64,000 nt of DNA, taken from contig NC_057719.1 of NCBI RefSeq assembly GCF_004010195.1, positions 29,364,822 through 29,428,821 on the forward strand, in the 5' to 3' direction. Of the stretch, positions 1 through 12,662 are shown in pieces (the stretch's first letter is position 1; each line of letters starts with the position of its first letter). Source of the DNA: Chiloscyllium plagiosum (lineage: Eukaryota). The notes beneath the pieces were generated by a model. The model saw nothing but the letters and a program-made list of their open reading frames with translations, made no database searches and had not been told where the DNA came from. Both the position numbers and the translations under genes were made by a program.

Positions 1-262
1 AAAATTGAGTAGTCTTCAATTCCAAGTGTTGGTGATGAAGACAGCTATCAGTAAATGCTGTAAAATTGTATGGCTTACCAATATCATCCAGGGAAAGAAA
101 TCTGCCATTGTTTTCTAATCTGGCCTACAAGTGACTCCAGACCCACAGCAATGTGATTGATTCTGTCCTCTGAAAGATCTAGCAAGCCATTCAGTTCATG
201 GGCAATTAGGAATGGGCATCAAATGCTGGCCTAGCAGCAATGTCATTATACCAAAAAAAATA
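1..262 (+). mobile_element. 3' part of an old shark SINE (same family as 39241-39570)
   Basis: Shares tctggcctaca..tgactccagac..ggcaattagg.atgggca..aaatgctggcctagc with 39241-39570 and ends in an A-rich tail. Reverse fragments lie near 18585-18780 and 24400-24530. Confidence 0.65.
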
Positions 263-329
263 CTCATTTGTTCTCCTTAAGATCTTGAAAACGTTGATCA
301 GACATTTCATTTGAAATCTAGAATTCCAT

Positions 330-1030
330 CTAGAATATGCAATTTTCCCTTGTATACTAATAATCAGAGTCAAGTACATTTGTATTGCACTCTCCAATGG
401 CATTATATCCTATAAAGGTATGGCACCCAGACCTGCTGACAGTAATCCACATCTAACTAGAACTTTACGTCATTGAAACATAACTTGCATCTTCTTGCAT
501 TCTAGACATTTAGATAAATTCTAGAATTTGATTAGCTTCTTGGTTATTTTCTGTACCTCTTTATAACATTTCAATGACCAAGGCAACTGGATGTCCAAGT
601 CTCTTTGGACCTCTACTGTTTCTAGCATATCACCATTGGAAGTATGCTAGCTGGTTGGCCTCATTTTAGCCACATTTAAATCATATTATCATTGTTTTCT
701 ACATAGTCACCAAGAGGGATAGGGTTATAACTACAGAATAGGCCATTTAGTTCATTGCGTCTATGCCAATTCTTTGTAGAGGATTTTGTAGTGGAAAATC
801 TGCCTCAATTTTCCACCCTATCCCCAATAGGTGTTTAAACTTTTGTTCAAGTGCCCTTCCAACTTTTATTGAAATCATTGATCACCTCTGCATCCACCAT
901 CCCTAAAGGCAGAGAGCTCCAGCTCACTACCACTTAAGTGTGAAAAAGTCCTTCCTCATATCCAGTCATGATTCTCTTGATCAAAATTTTGTAACCCAAC
1001 CTTATAGTTAAAATCCCTCATCTCTGGAAC
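330..1030 (-). mobile_element. Degraded CR1-type LINE fragments
   Basis: Similar to the reverse complement of the CR1 RT and 3' segments elsewhere in the window (e.g. gtgtgaaaaagtccttcctcatatcc). Confidence 0.55.
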
Positions 1031-1033
1031 TAG

Positions 1034-1335
1034 TTTGGCTCAGTGGTTTGCACTGCTGCCTCACAGCACCAGGGTCCCAGGTTCAATTCCAGCCTTGGTC
1101 AACTGTGAGGAGTTTGCACATTCTCCGTATCTGCATGGGTTTCCTCCGGGTGCTCTGGTTTCCTCCCACGGTCCAAAGATGTGCAGGTCAGGTGAATTGG
1201 CCATGCTAAATTGCCTGTAGTGTTAGGTGCAGTAGTCAGAGGGAAATAGGTCTGGGTGGGTTACTCTTCAGAGGGTCGGTGTGGACTGGTTGGGCCAAAG
1301 GGCCTGTTTCCACACTGTAGGGAATCTAATCTAAT
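1034..1335 (+). mobile_element. HE1-like tRNA-derived V-SINE
   Basis: Pol III A box TGGCTCAGTGG (1036) and B box GGTTCAATTCC (1080), V-domain ggagtttgcacattctcc...gggtttcctccgggtgctc, and a (CTAAT)n tail. Confidence 0.9.
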
Positions 1336-1544
1336 TTCCTCTGCACCTTTTGTCATGATGTTGTAATAAACAGCTCATTAATCTTTAAATTTCATCAGCT
1401 GTTTCATACCTGAAACTTTCATTTGAAAGAAAGCACCTTTAAATGAGGCAAGACACTGTTTTGCTACACGAGCCAACTGACCTATATGATTGCCATGCTC
1501 CATGGGAAAATACAAAACAAATACTGAAACAACATTGCTCGGAA

Positions 1545-3110
1545 AAAGAAACAAATTGGTGGCAAAACTCAGCAGATCTGACATGTTTAAGATTGGTTTG
1601 GAGGGGTATGGACCGGGTGCTGGCAGGTGGGACTAGATTGGGTTGTGATAACTGGTCGGTTACTCTTCGGAGGGTCGGAAGAAGAGGTTGGACCGAAGGG
1701 TCCGTACATCTCTAAGACTATGACTATGACAGCATCTACTACTGCTAGAAATCAGAATTAACATTTCAAGTCCAGTGATTCTTCACCAGAACTGATAGTG
1801 GCTGGGAAAAGCTGATATTTATGAAGGATGGGGAGAGAGGCATTTGGACAGATGAACAGATATGTGGAGATGGAGACCACAATGAGATATGAAAATGATA
1901 GGTAGGGAATTAACATCAGGCCAGGACAGAATGGTAGGCTGTGCGGAAAGCAAACCATGGAATGTGATAACAGGCCTAAAAGTGGGTGAAAATGGGTTGG
2001 GTTGTGCTCAAAGCAATCTATGTTAATTTTGGGTATCGGGGTGGGTAAACACGAAAGAATGGAATCAGGCTCTATAGTTATTGAACCCAATGTTGAGTCC
2101 TATAAGTTGCAGGGTCCCCAAATAGAAAATGAGATGCTGTTCTTCGAGCTTGTGCTAAGGCTTGCTGGAACACTTCAGTAGGCCTGCATCAGAAATGTTG
2201 ACACAGGAACAGAAGCACCAAGTGCCAGACAACTGGAAACTCTGGTTCTTTTTCACAGACACCAGATAGGCATTCTGCAAAGCGATCTCCCCAGTGTACA
2301 GGAAACCACACTGTAAACAAATAGAATCGAGTGTGTGGTGTTGAAAAGGCATAGCATCCAAGGAGCAGGAGAGTTGACGCTTTGGGCAAAAGCCCTTTAC
2401 CAGGCAAGTCTATAAAGAGAGTAGACTAGATTGCATGAAGTGCAGGTAAATCGTTGCTTCACCTGGAAGGTATGTCTGGGGCCTTGGATAGTGAGGAGGT
2501 AAACAGGTAGATAATACACCATCTGCGATTGCATGGACAGATGCTTTGGGAATGTGGGGAAGTTTTGGGAATGCAGAGGAGTGGACCAGGGTTACCCAAT
2601 GAGTACAGTCCAAATGGATTGCTGACAAATTGAGGGGAATGTCTGGTTATGGCATCCCACTGGATACAGCGGAATTGATGGCTTACAATCCTTTGGATTT
2701 TGAGGCTGGTAAGTGAAGAGCAGGGGACCCTATTACTGTTGTGGGAGGGAAGAGAAGGGGTGAAGGCAGAAGTGTGGGCGATAGACTGGACACAGCTAAG
2801 GGCCAGACCACGGTAGTAGGCAATCTTCAATTGAGTAAAATGGTGGACATTTGAGGCCCCCTGCAGAAGGTAGCATCTTCAGATCAGATGTGACAGAGAA
2901 AAAGAAATTGAGAATGGGATGGAGTCTTTGCAGGAAGCAGGGTGCGAGGATGCATAATTGAGGTGGCTGTGGGAGTCTGAGAGTTTGGAATAGATACCAT
3001 GGCCAGCCTATTTCCAGACATGGAGACAGAGAGGTCAAGAAAGGAAAGGGAGGAGTCAGAGATGGGCCAGCTGAAGGTGAGGGCAGGCGTGGGGTTGAGA
3101 GGTTACTTGA
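1545..3110 (-). mobile_element. Degraded Penelope-like retroelement with a nested CR1 3' tail (1584-1730) and a family-A PLE arm (about 2330-2404)
   Basis: Homologous to the reverse of 36420-38075. ORF remnants SIAHTSAFTPSLPSHNSNRVP...IQRIVSHQFR. Terminal part has a decayed hammerhead-like motif at about 1757-1795. Confidence 0.75.
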
Positions 3111-3929
3111 CCCACTGTGTTGTTGCCTAGTCTCTTGAATGGGGAGCCAACTCAGCAAGTGCTCATTCTGTCACTGCTTCATGAAATGATGGGAAGCTTA
3201 CACACAAGTGTGTGTCTACTCAGAAACAAACCCTGAGACAGAGAGATGGACCAAGGCAGGCAGAGAGAGGAAATAGGAAACTTCAGAAAATTCCCAGAGA
3301 GGTATTGGATCTGTCATTCCAAACAATTATCCAAATGAAATACTGCCTATCTATCTCATTCGGATAATAAAAGGTTCCTCTGCATACCAGAGAAACCCAG
3401 CACCACCCTTGTTGACAAGCTTCATGACAAAGTCAGGACTGGATCTGACAGCGTGGAGTGCAGCCAATTCAGAGGAAAATAGGTTCAAATGGGTGGAAGA
3501 GGGAGAAATTAACGTGACTGATGCTGCTATCTTAACATTTCTCAAATGAACAAATAAAAGTTAAAAAGGCTAGAGGAGAGATTCCAGGTGGAATTCAGTT
3601 TTTTTTGTCCGTGTTGGACCGGAACTGTAATGAGGTCAGGAGCAGACTAGCCTAAATTGAACAGGCTATTTACGATTAAGAGTGGTTCAGATGACCCATT
3701 TCCAACATATTTTCTGATGATCAAAAATATTGCCATTTTATGGTTGTAATTGCTATCTTATGGGTTAATCAAATTGATTAAAGATTGACATCTGTGATGC
3801 TGGGGACCTCTGAGGTTTTCAAAATCGGCCAACTACTTAGCACTTTGAGCTGAACACTGACAAACAGATCAGGTTTGTCTTTTGCTCTAATGTGTTGGGC
3901 TCCAGCATTGTACAAGATGAGGATATTGA

Positions 3930-4270
3930 TGGAACCTCCTCTTTCTGTTACTGATTTAATTGTCCACCACCATTTATGACTGGATGCAGTAAGACTGCAA
4001 AGCTGTTGGTTGTGGGATTGCTTACCCTTGTCTACAACATGCTACTTCTGCCACTGAGCATGCAAGCAGTCTATGTTGTACCTTTACCAGGTTGACAGTT
4101 CAATTTTTATGTATGCCAAGTGCTGTTCCTGGCATTCTCTCTTATGCTGTTTTATTAATCATGATTGCATTACCTGCCAGGCAATCACCAGAGCAGGACA
4201 TATCACAGACCATGAGATTACAGGTTGTGGTTGAATACAATTCTTCTGCCGCTAATAGCCACAGCACTCC
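3930..4270 (-). mobile_element. Old LINE (L2/CR1 superfamily) fragment
   Basis: Recognisable ttaattgtccaccaccatt..tgactggatg..gactgca segment typical of shark LINE remnants. Confidence 0.45.
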
Positions 4271-4924
4271 ATTAATGTGCAGAAATAGACTTCAATCAAA
4301 AGACCATAAGACATAAGAACACAAATTAGGCCATTTGGCCCTTTCAGTCTGCTCTGCCATTCAATCATGAATGATACGTTTCTCAACCTCATTCTCCTGC
4401 CTTGTCCCTGTGACCTTTAATCCCCTTTTTCATCTCCGTTCAAGAGAGTTTTTTCCTCTTGAATGGATTTTCAAAAGCCATATGGATACCTTTTTTCCAA
4501 GACTGTAGTATTTGAAAGGAAGTTTCCTTCATTCCTTTACTAATTTCATTGAATTGGAGAAATATAAATGCAGCACACCAGTCATACATTCTACCATGGA
4601 TGTCTAGCCTTAAAGATTAACTGGCTTTTGATAATGCTTGTCATAACAATGTATACATGCAACAAATATGTTCTAGCACTTAGTTCTTATCTATAATTGA
4701 CAGGCAAATTTCAAGGCCTCAATTCACTAAGGATTTCTAAATTTCTGTTTTTGCATTGTACCCCAGAAAATCTTTCACGCCAAACTAAGACGTACTATAT
4801 TGTGGAATCGAAAGAGAGTTAGTATTGATAGAATTTTGCAGAGATCTTACCTGTGAGAGAAGTAATTTTTGATTTCTAGAAATGAGGATTTTCCTTAACT
4901 ACTGTTGATAGATAATTATGAATA

Positions 4925-6425
4925 AAAGCAAAACAGATGGAATGCTGCATTTCTGAAATAAAGAGAAACACAAGCCTGACAGCATCAGTGGAAAGACAAA
5001 TATTGCTAACAGTAAGTCTAATGACATCTTTAGAATTGATGCGGGTTGGAGAGTCATAGTTTTTATGCTGTTGCCAAAACAGGAGGAACAGCGAGGCCGT
5101 TGGTGAGACTGCCCAGAGAAAAGATAATGGGAATGTTAATGGGAGCAGAGATGCACATGAAAAATAGATGCTGATCTTACTTGTGAATAGATGGAGAGAG
5201 GTTGGCTTGCTCATAGCAAACTCATGCAAATCACACTGGGGAGAGAGGAGAGTGTAATCAAAATCAGAGGACGGTGGTCATGCTCTCAAGTTGTTGAATT
5301 CAAATGCTGAGTCTTCACGGCCATAAATTGCCTACATGGAAAATTAGGTGTGATTCCTCCAGCTTGCATTGGGCTTTGCTGGAACACTGCAGCAGGCCAA
5401 GGGGGTAAATATTCGCCTTAGAGAATGATGGTGCTTGAAATGGCAAACAGCTGGAGGGTCAGGGTCATTCTTATGGAGGGAGGGGAGACATTCTACAAAG
5501 CAGGTACCCTGCCAGTATTTGGTTTTGCCAATGCAGAGAAGATTGCATTGTGAATAGTAAATACAGTAGACTAGACTGAAAGACTTGCAAGTAAATCACT
5601 TTCACAGTGAGGAGGGAAGAAGTAAAGGATAAGTTTGACACCTTCTGCGATTCCATGGGAAGATCCATACGGTGAGGACAGATGTAGAACTGTTGGGAGT
5701 GGACCAGGGAGCAGCAAGTGTGGTCATGTAGAATTCAGACAGCGCAGATGGGAAGTGAAGATATGTTTACCATAAGTGACAAAATAGTGGAGGATGATCC
5801 TTTAAATACAGAAACTGGTGGAGTGGAAAGTGAAAGGGAAAGGGGAGGGCAGAGGTGTGGGAAATAGGCCAGACACTGCTGAGGCTCCTGTCAACTATGG
5901 TGGGGGGAGTCCTCAACTGAGTAAAAAGGACATATTGGAGGCATTCCTGTGAAAGGTGTCATCGAAACAGATGGGATAGAGATGGAGAACTGGAAAAATT
6001 GAATGAAGTCCTTACAGGAAGCAACGTGCAGGTTAGGTTGAAGGATGGCAGCAAAGAAATTACAGCCGCAAATACCATGCTCACAATTCTCAATGAAGAA
6101 ATCGAGTCTAGGCAAGAAAACAGGGGAATGGTCCATGTGAAAGGAGACTATTGGATGTATGAAAGGATCCATGGATTGTGGAGACAACTCCTGTGCATTG
6201 AGACAAACGTGAAGAACACTTCAACATATTGTCATGCCCAAAATTCACTGAAGTATGAACCAAATAATATAAAACTAAGTCCTCTGCTGAGCACAGATTG
6301 TTCAATAGGAACTGGAAGGTCAGAGGGTATAGTGAATAAACAAGAGGTGGGATTGGAAAAACAGATGAAGTCAGAGGGAAGGGAAGGGGAGGAAGAGGAG
6401 AACTGGCACTTGCATTGGAACTTGC
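4925..6425 (-). mobile_element. Degraded, internally deleted Penelope-like element
   Basis: Same terminus and ORF remnants as 1545-3110 and 34360-35140. Confidence 0.7.
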
Positions 6426-6679
6426 CTTCTTTAACACTTAAAAAGGAAGGGAAAAAGGTTTCTCATTAAGGTGCTGAACTCGACAGTTATGAAGTTTATT
6501 CTTCACATAGCAGACTTGGGATAAGAAGCACAAAAATGTTTTGTAAGCATTGGTATACAGTAGCAACCTTCTACTTTTACTGTGCACTTGGTTAAGATGC
6601 AAACTTTCACAGCGAAGGTTAAAATTAGAATTTTTCTTCACCATTTTCTAATTAACATATCTTTTGGAGTCAGCCTCGG

Positions 6680-7020
6680 CTTCCTTGTAGCACATTCATC
6701 ACAGCATTTGAAAGTCACGAGTCTAGCTTCACTTCAAACACTTGAGCACAACTTCGGCTGACACTTGAATGGAGTAGAGTGTGCTGCAATGTCAGAGGTG
6801 TTATCTTTCAGGAGACGTTAAATCAACTGGTTCCTTGGGTGAATATAAAAGAATCAATGGTTTGGATTTTGTTCTCCCGGTATCCAGGTCAACATTTTCT
6901 TTAGTTTATCTTTTATTTAATTTATTTCAATGCTGTTTATGGAACCTTGACTGTCATTTTCCTACAATTTTGATTACACCTATAATGACTTTTGTTGGCT
7001 GTGATGCACTTTAAAATAGT
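6680..7020 (+). mobile_element. Ancient Deu-domain SINE (SacSINE1/AmnSINE-like)
   Basis: acttgagcaca...ggctgacact...gtgctgcaatgtcagaggtg.tatctttcag.gagacgttaaa. Related copies at about 33790-34170 (-) and 43490-43870 (+). Confidence 0.6.
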
Positions 7021-7114
7021 GAGGGCAGGTACTTTCTTCCTTTCTGTCCATTCATTTGTATGTGCTATCTTTTGAATAGTTCATAAAATAGCTTAAGCAA
7101 AACATTTTGGTAAA

Positions 7115-10100
7115 ATGTTTTAAATTCAGTACTTTTATTCCAATTGCCATCCACATTTGAAAAAACTACCAACATCGTAGCTTATATAAAATCAAGTAGA
7201 AGCAGCTGCTGTAACCATTTATAGAGCAATACAAAGACACACACAAGGACATTCCCTACTCACCGGCTTTCCTTTCACCTGCACAAGTTGTGTTCAGTCC
7301 CTTAATGAATGTGACAATTGCAGCTGCACAATAAGAGCTAGTAATATGCACACTTTTCAATATTACTTAGGAAAAAAGTTGATTTCTTACTTAATGATGT
7401 ATTTTAATAGAAAAAGCATTCTTCTGTTCGATGATTAAATCATGTTGATCACTACAAGCAGATCCACGCAATACTGTGTTTCACTACTCGATAAAGCTGA
7501 ACAGACTTTACCTACTGAAAAATAATCTTAGTGTTATAAACATGAGATATAACATATCAAAAGTGAAATTGGTTTAAAAGCTGCAGGCTACATTTATCAT
7601 AGAAGTCAGTTCTAAAAAGAGGAAGTACAACCAATGATTATTATCAATGACAGCAGATAAACCCAAATTTAATTGGCTCATGTGTATTCCAATTATTTGC
7701 TCAAAATTATTTGTGGAACTTCAAAAATTAATTCATTTGATCTATCAAGTAAAGATTGGTCACAAGAATGTACAATAACAAAATATGCAAAACACTGATT
7801 TGGACCCTTGTATTCAAAAATTCTATTTCGAAGCATCTTGTTTCAATAACTTTACAGAAGATAGACAAAATTAAAGCAGGTTTTGATGTGTTCTGAATGT
7901 AAACGCTAAAGGTATATCATGATTTTTTGTTTTAGTAACAGACATTTGCATGGCATATCAGTAAAATGCCAAGTGTTACAGATAGAAACTTGGCATTTGA
8001 TAGTCACTGGATAAAACAATAAAATGTAAAAATCTGAGTGTTATATACCTGCCTAGTTTTCAACTCAAAAGTAAAAATAGCATTAAGTATTCCACAAAGT
8101 ATTTTGCATAATTTAATACATCCCTTTTTTAAATGTACATGCTGCTGATTGCCCATTTTTAATTCCTTCTTTGTATTTAACAATTGGGTATTGGCTACAA
8201 GTCAGTTGATTCATACCCTTTTCATGCAGCATGATCAGCTGAGTTGGGAAAATGAGATTTGAACCAGTGCACAAGTGACAACAATTTGCATGCTGATAGC
8301 CATTACAAGCAAAATGCCAACAACAGATCTTATGATTTGCATGTTAAAGTTATAATTACCTAAAAGAAATTATGCACCTTTGGTCATAAACCACTACCAA
8401 TAAAGTACAGCCAGGCCATATACACCAAAATCTATGATTGCTCTTGATTCACTAATTGAGGTGCCTCAGAACACTGCCTATTGTGACTGCAACTTTTCTT
8501 CCTTTCAAGTTGGCTTATCCTCCAGTTCCTGCACTGAGAATGGAGAGCTCATGAATAACAAAATATTATTGCATGCTGTGGTATATTGAAAACCAAAGAA
8601 CTAGTCTAAACCATACAGTTAATCTTTCCATTCATTATTTTTTTTTTAAAGTACCAAAATGTTTTGCACACTTTGCTTTAAATTCAGATGAAGAATGAGT
8701 AGATTTTCTACAGGCATAATTTAAAACTTCTGCCTAGTTTAAACAAACAGTCTTTGAAGGTTCCATACCACAAACAAAAACAATTCATCTGCACATTCAT
8801 GCAATGTTCATGATTCAATTCTGGTAAAAACACAAAAATATTATGCAATAGCCTGACACTTTAATTAATGGCATCTTCATCCATAAATGTATTTCAAAAC
8901 CACCACAGTGTGCAAACATAACAATACACAGGCATATGCAATTTGTTCAACTGACTCCAAACGAATAGAACAACCTCACAGTTAGGAACTAAATTCACAC
9001 TATTTCCTTTGGAGTTGGGATCAGTACATAATACAAAATATACAATTAACAAGCTTTCTGTAAACACAATCAATTTCCAATAACAGTTTAATTGCTCTGA
9101 ACAATAATGTACCAAATTTTGTTACATATTCTACACGTCAAACAATACATTCTAGTGTGAGATAAACTGAATATAAAATTTAAATTACTTCTCACTGATA
9201 GTGGAATTATTTCTATGCGAAATTAAAATATTTTCCAATGCCATTATTTTTGATCTGTAAAAATATATATCGATTGTAAGTGAAGTCCAGCAGTATGTAG
9301 ATGCAACCTGATAACAAACATCATAAACAATCAATATTTCTGTAGAGGATGAATATCTATGGTAATTCAAAAGGTTTTCTTCCAATATAGGCACAGCAAA
9401 TTTTAGACTAAAGCGGCATATAATCCCTTCTTTTGCAATGTGCTGGGACAAATGCTATTCTAGAACAAAGTAAGGCAAACTGGTTTGATTACAGTTACAT
9501 TTTCTGACACATAGCATAAGCAACAGTGGGTGGGAAAGTTCATTTATCTGACATCATTCCACAATGATGGGTAAAGTAAATGTGCACTTGACAATTTATA
9601 CAAAAGACAATAAATGCTTCAGATTAAATTGATGCTTGTTCACAAAACTAACATGAAGGATGAGCCAATTTTAGAACCGAATTGCCCTCTTACATTTCAC
9701 CCATTTCTCCAACACTTCTGTACTGAACTAATTATGCAATTTGGTCATTATGATAGTCCAATGGAACTTGTATTTCTAAGCAATTATCCAAAATATATTA
9801 AAATAAATTTTATTTAAAATATAACAGACATTCAATGGAAAACAGACCATGAACAGTCCAGTAATCATTTGAATATCTACATTTAAAGCTAATCAGAATT
9901 TCCATAACTCGTCATTTGCAAGTTTTCTGGTCAGCCCCACTCAAAAATTACCTAAAATATATTCTTCATTTAATGTAAATTTAAATTTGCATAAAATTTG
10001 CAGTCAACTGTCTTGAGCACAAGTATTCCTTTCAAACAATTCAAATTAGAAAATGCACTTGGGAATAATGTTCTTCATAAAATTAGTCAACATACTATTT

Positions 10101-12632
10101 TGCCAGTAATGTAAATTTCATTATGGATTGTAAAAAGCAATCTTTACTTAAAATCACAAGTACTGACTATTAAGGGCACACTTTAAATTTGTAAGTTTAT
10201 TAATCTTGTACATTAATACATAACTTAATCATTTTCCACACAAGATCCATTTGATGATATTTCAAAAACCATCTCAATATTCTAGTTTATAACTGCAGAT
10301 TTTTTTTAAAAAATGGAGAGATGGGTTAGAATTCATAATGCTACCCTGTAAAATGTCACATAATTGTGCCTGGTTCTTTTTTTCCTTAAATTATACTGGT
10401 TGTTCAAAAGGCATAGCAGTGAATTCCATGTCTCAGCCAGAGAACTGGAATATTGGAGCTCAACTTCCTGTTGAAATTCACCTTGCTCAATGATAAATTT
10501 ATTAAGTCAGGTCTGCACAACAGAATTATACTAGAGAGCAAATATGGGAGAAAATTTAAGTAAAGTTGCTCCTAAAGCAACTTCAGATTTTAAACTACAT
10601 GAAAAGTATTGTGAAGTAGCAACAAACAAGCAAACATATGTTGCTTCATTAGCTAGAACATTTTACTCTTTTTTTTGCATTTGGGTTGGGAATTATAGCT
10701 AGTGTAATTAAAAAGAACTTTTGGGCATTGTCTTCAAAATGGAATCTGTTTTGTAGCCAGATAGCACTATGCCAAAAACCATTAAAAAGCATCAATTTAT
10801 TATGACTAGATTTCCATTCTACTGAAGTTCTGTACAATGCAATTTTAAACCATGATGGAGAAAACAAAATTCTTGCTCTGATGAGATTAAAAGAAAATCC
10901 AATGTCACAAGCTACTTTTTTTATTTCAGAACATGAAACAGCTGGAAGCTCATTCAATAATCTCTTATATCAAGCTGTCTGGTCACAGTGGTATAAGGAA
11001 ACCTGATCCAGTGTCACAACCAATTCCTTTTCCATGAAACTAATCCTACTCAACATGTAGATCTAACGCTGTACCATTAATCCACATATTTTGAACATAC
11101 ATTAAATAAAACTTTCCCACCCTGCAATAGACCTCATTTTTATGTTTAATTCTCCACTGTTAACTCTAATGAATGAAATATTTAGTCCAATGAGAAAGTA
11201 ATCTTATTAGCAAATATTCAAAATTCATTTTGAAAAATTTGCACATTTGAATCACTTGGAATAAAGTGTTAGGCCAATTTAATCCTGAAATGCATTATTT
11301 ATCCTCGAAGAATACATTTAGAGGTTATTATATAATGCCACAGATTGTCGAATATCAAAAAAGAAATAAAAATTGCTAATGAATTACAATAATGCATCCA
11401 TATCTCTTATTCATGATTTTAGGAAGGAATTCTACCTATTATATCATTCACACACAGCTGAAAAGGAACAAGTAAAAGGTTTGACTGAGTACAGATCATA
11501 TGCAAAGTTTCTATATGCTATCAATGGTGGAAGTATTTTGGTGCTTCAAATCCTGACAATAATGCAACTCACCACCTATCTGTGATCACAAACTTCCATT
11601 CCAATGCTGGAAGAAGAATCTAGCATCATTCGTGGTGATTTGTTTAAGCGGAATGAGTCAGTGAAAGGTTGCCATCTTCTGGGTGGAAAAAACCTAACCT
11701 AATGGTCTTCACCATGACAGACAACACATCTACTGGATGACACAGCAATACAACTTAAATACATGTGGTCTGCTCACCTGTCTGTCCAGCTGATGATACA
11801 TAAACAAAGGTATAAACCCAGGAAGATAAATAAGGAACACTAATTTTTGGAACTGGAAAGGCAGCATTAAAATGTATAATTATAACTAGCTGTTGAGTAC
11901 AATGGCGAGAAAATCTAGAATCTGGTGGATGTTTTATTTAACAGCAAGAATACAGGGCCATTTAATAGTGTAAATCCTTAGCTAGAATTTTTCAAAATAA
12001 GAGACAGGGCATTATATAATTCCCAATAAATCACTTGCACCAGCACTGCAAAGTCAGCTTTTAAAATGCCGACAATAATGTGAATGCTATCATTCAAGTT
12101 TAATCTGTGACATACTCACATCTTGGCCTGCCAAATCCAAATTAAAATTTTACAGAGCATTCATAATCTCAGTTATTGGGACATAATTAGAAGAATAGTT
12201 TACCCAAGGCTCAATTTAAACATAGGAACAAAAATTCCATGAAGAGGATTTTACTTTTGATAAACCACTTCTACTGCAAATTCTTTACCAGGGAATATTG
12301 GTCAGTTTTTCTACCCAGTACATTTTGCAAGGAGGTCATATTCCATTAAATAGAAGGTTTTTCTTGAAATAAAACAGAATTGCACTTTTAATCAGTCAAT
12401 AAAATTAAAGTAAACAATGCCCAATTTATAGTGGAAATAATTCGATCTTCGTATTTTCAGCCACCGTAAATAAATCAGATCTTAGGTGAATCATTGCTGG
12501 TTACTGAATTCCGGTATTGTATTCACACCCTTGTTGAATTTCCTTCGCAACATCAACAATGTTTTGCAGACTTCTGATTCGCAGATATGCGATGGCCTTG
12601 ATTGTGGATATATGCAAGCTCCTGGTCAGCTG
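7115..12632 (-). other. PPM1A: Probable long PPM1A 3' UTR
   Basis: About 5.5 kb of AT-rich sequence with no recognisable TE directly after the stop codon. Minus-strand AATAAA at 7134-7139 is followed by U/GU-rich sequence just before repeats resume. The true end is not provable from DNA alone. Confidence 0.65.
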
Positions 12633-12662
12633 TTACCACATATCATCAGGAGATGAAGGTTC
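12633..12662 (-). CDS. PPM1A: PPM1A last coding exon: EPSSPDDMW*
   Basis: Poly-T tract and aacaag acceptor. The C-terminal DDMW* is characteristic of PPM1A rather than PPM1B. Joined CDS is 837+118+112+55+30 = 1152 nt with no internal stop. Confidence 0.93.
   Translation of the reverse strand, partial: EPSSPDDMW

Noticed and set aside
1034..1100. tRNA gene suggested by A and B boxes (also near 47590-47665)
   Set aside because: These are SINE heads that continue into a V-domain and LINE-like tail, with no complete cloverleaf.
5999..6469. 156-aa plus-strand ORF
   Set aside because: Antisense to a decayed PLE RT region; no independent protein features.
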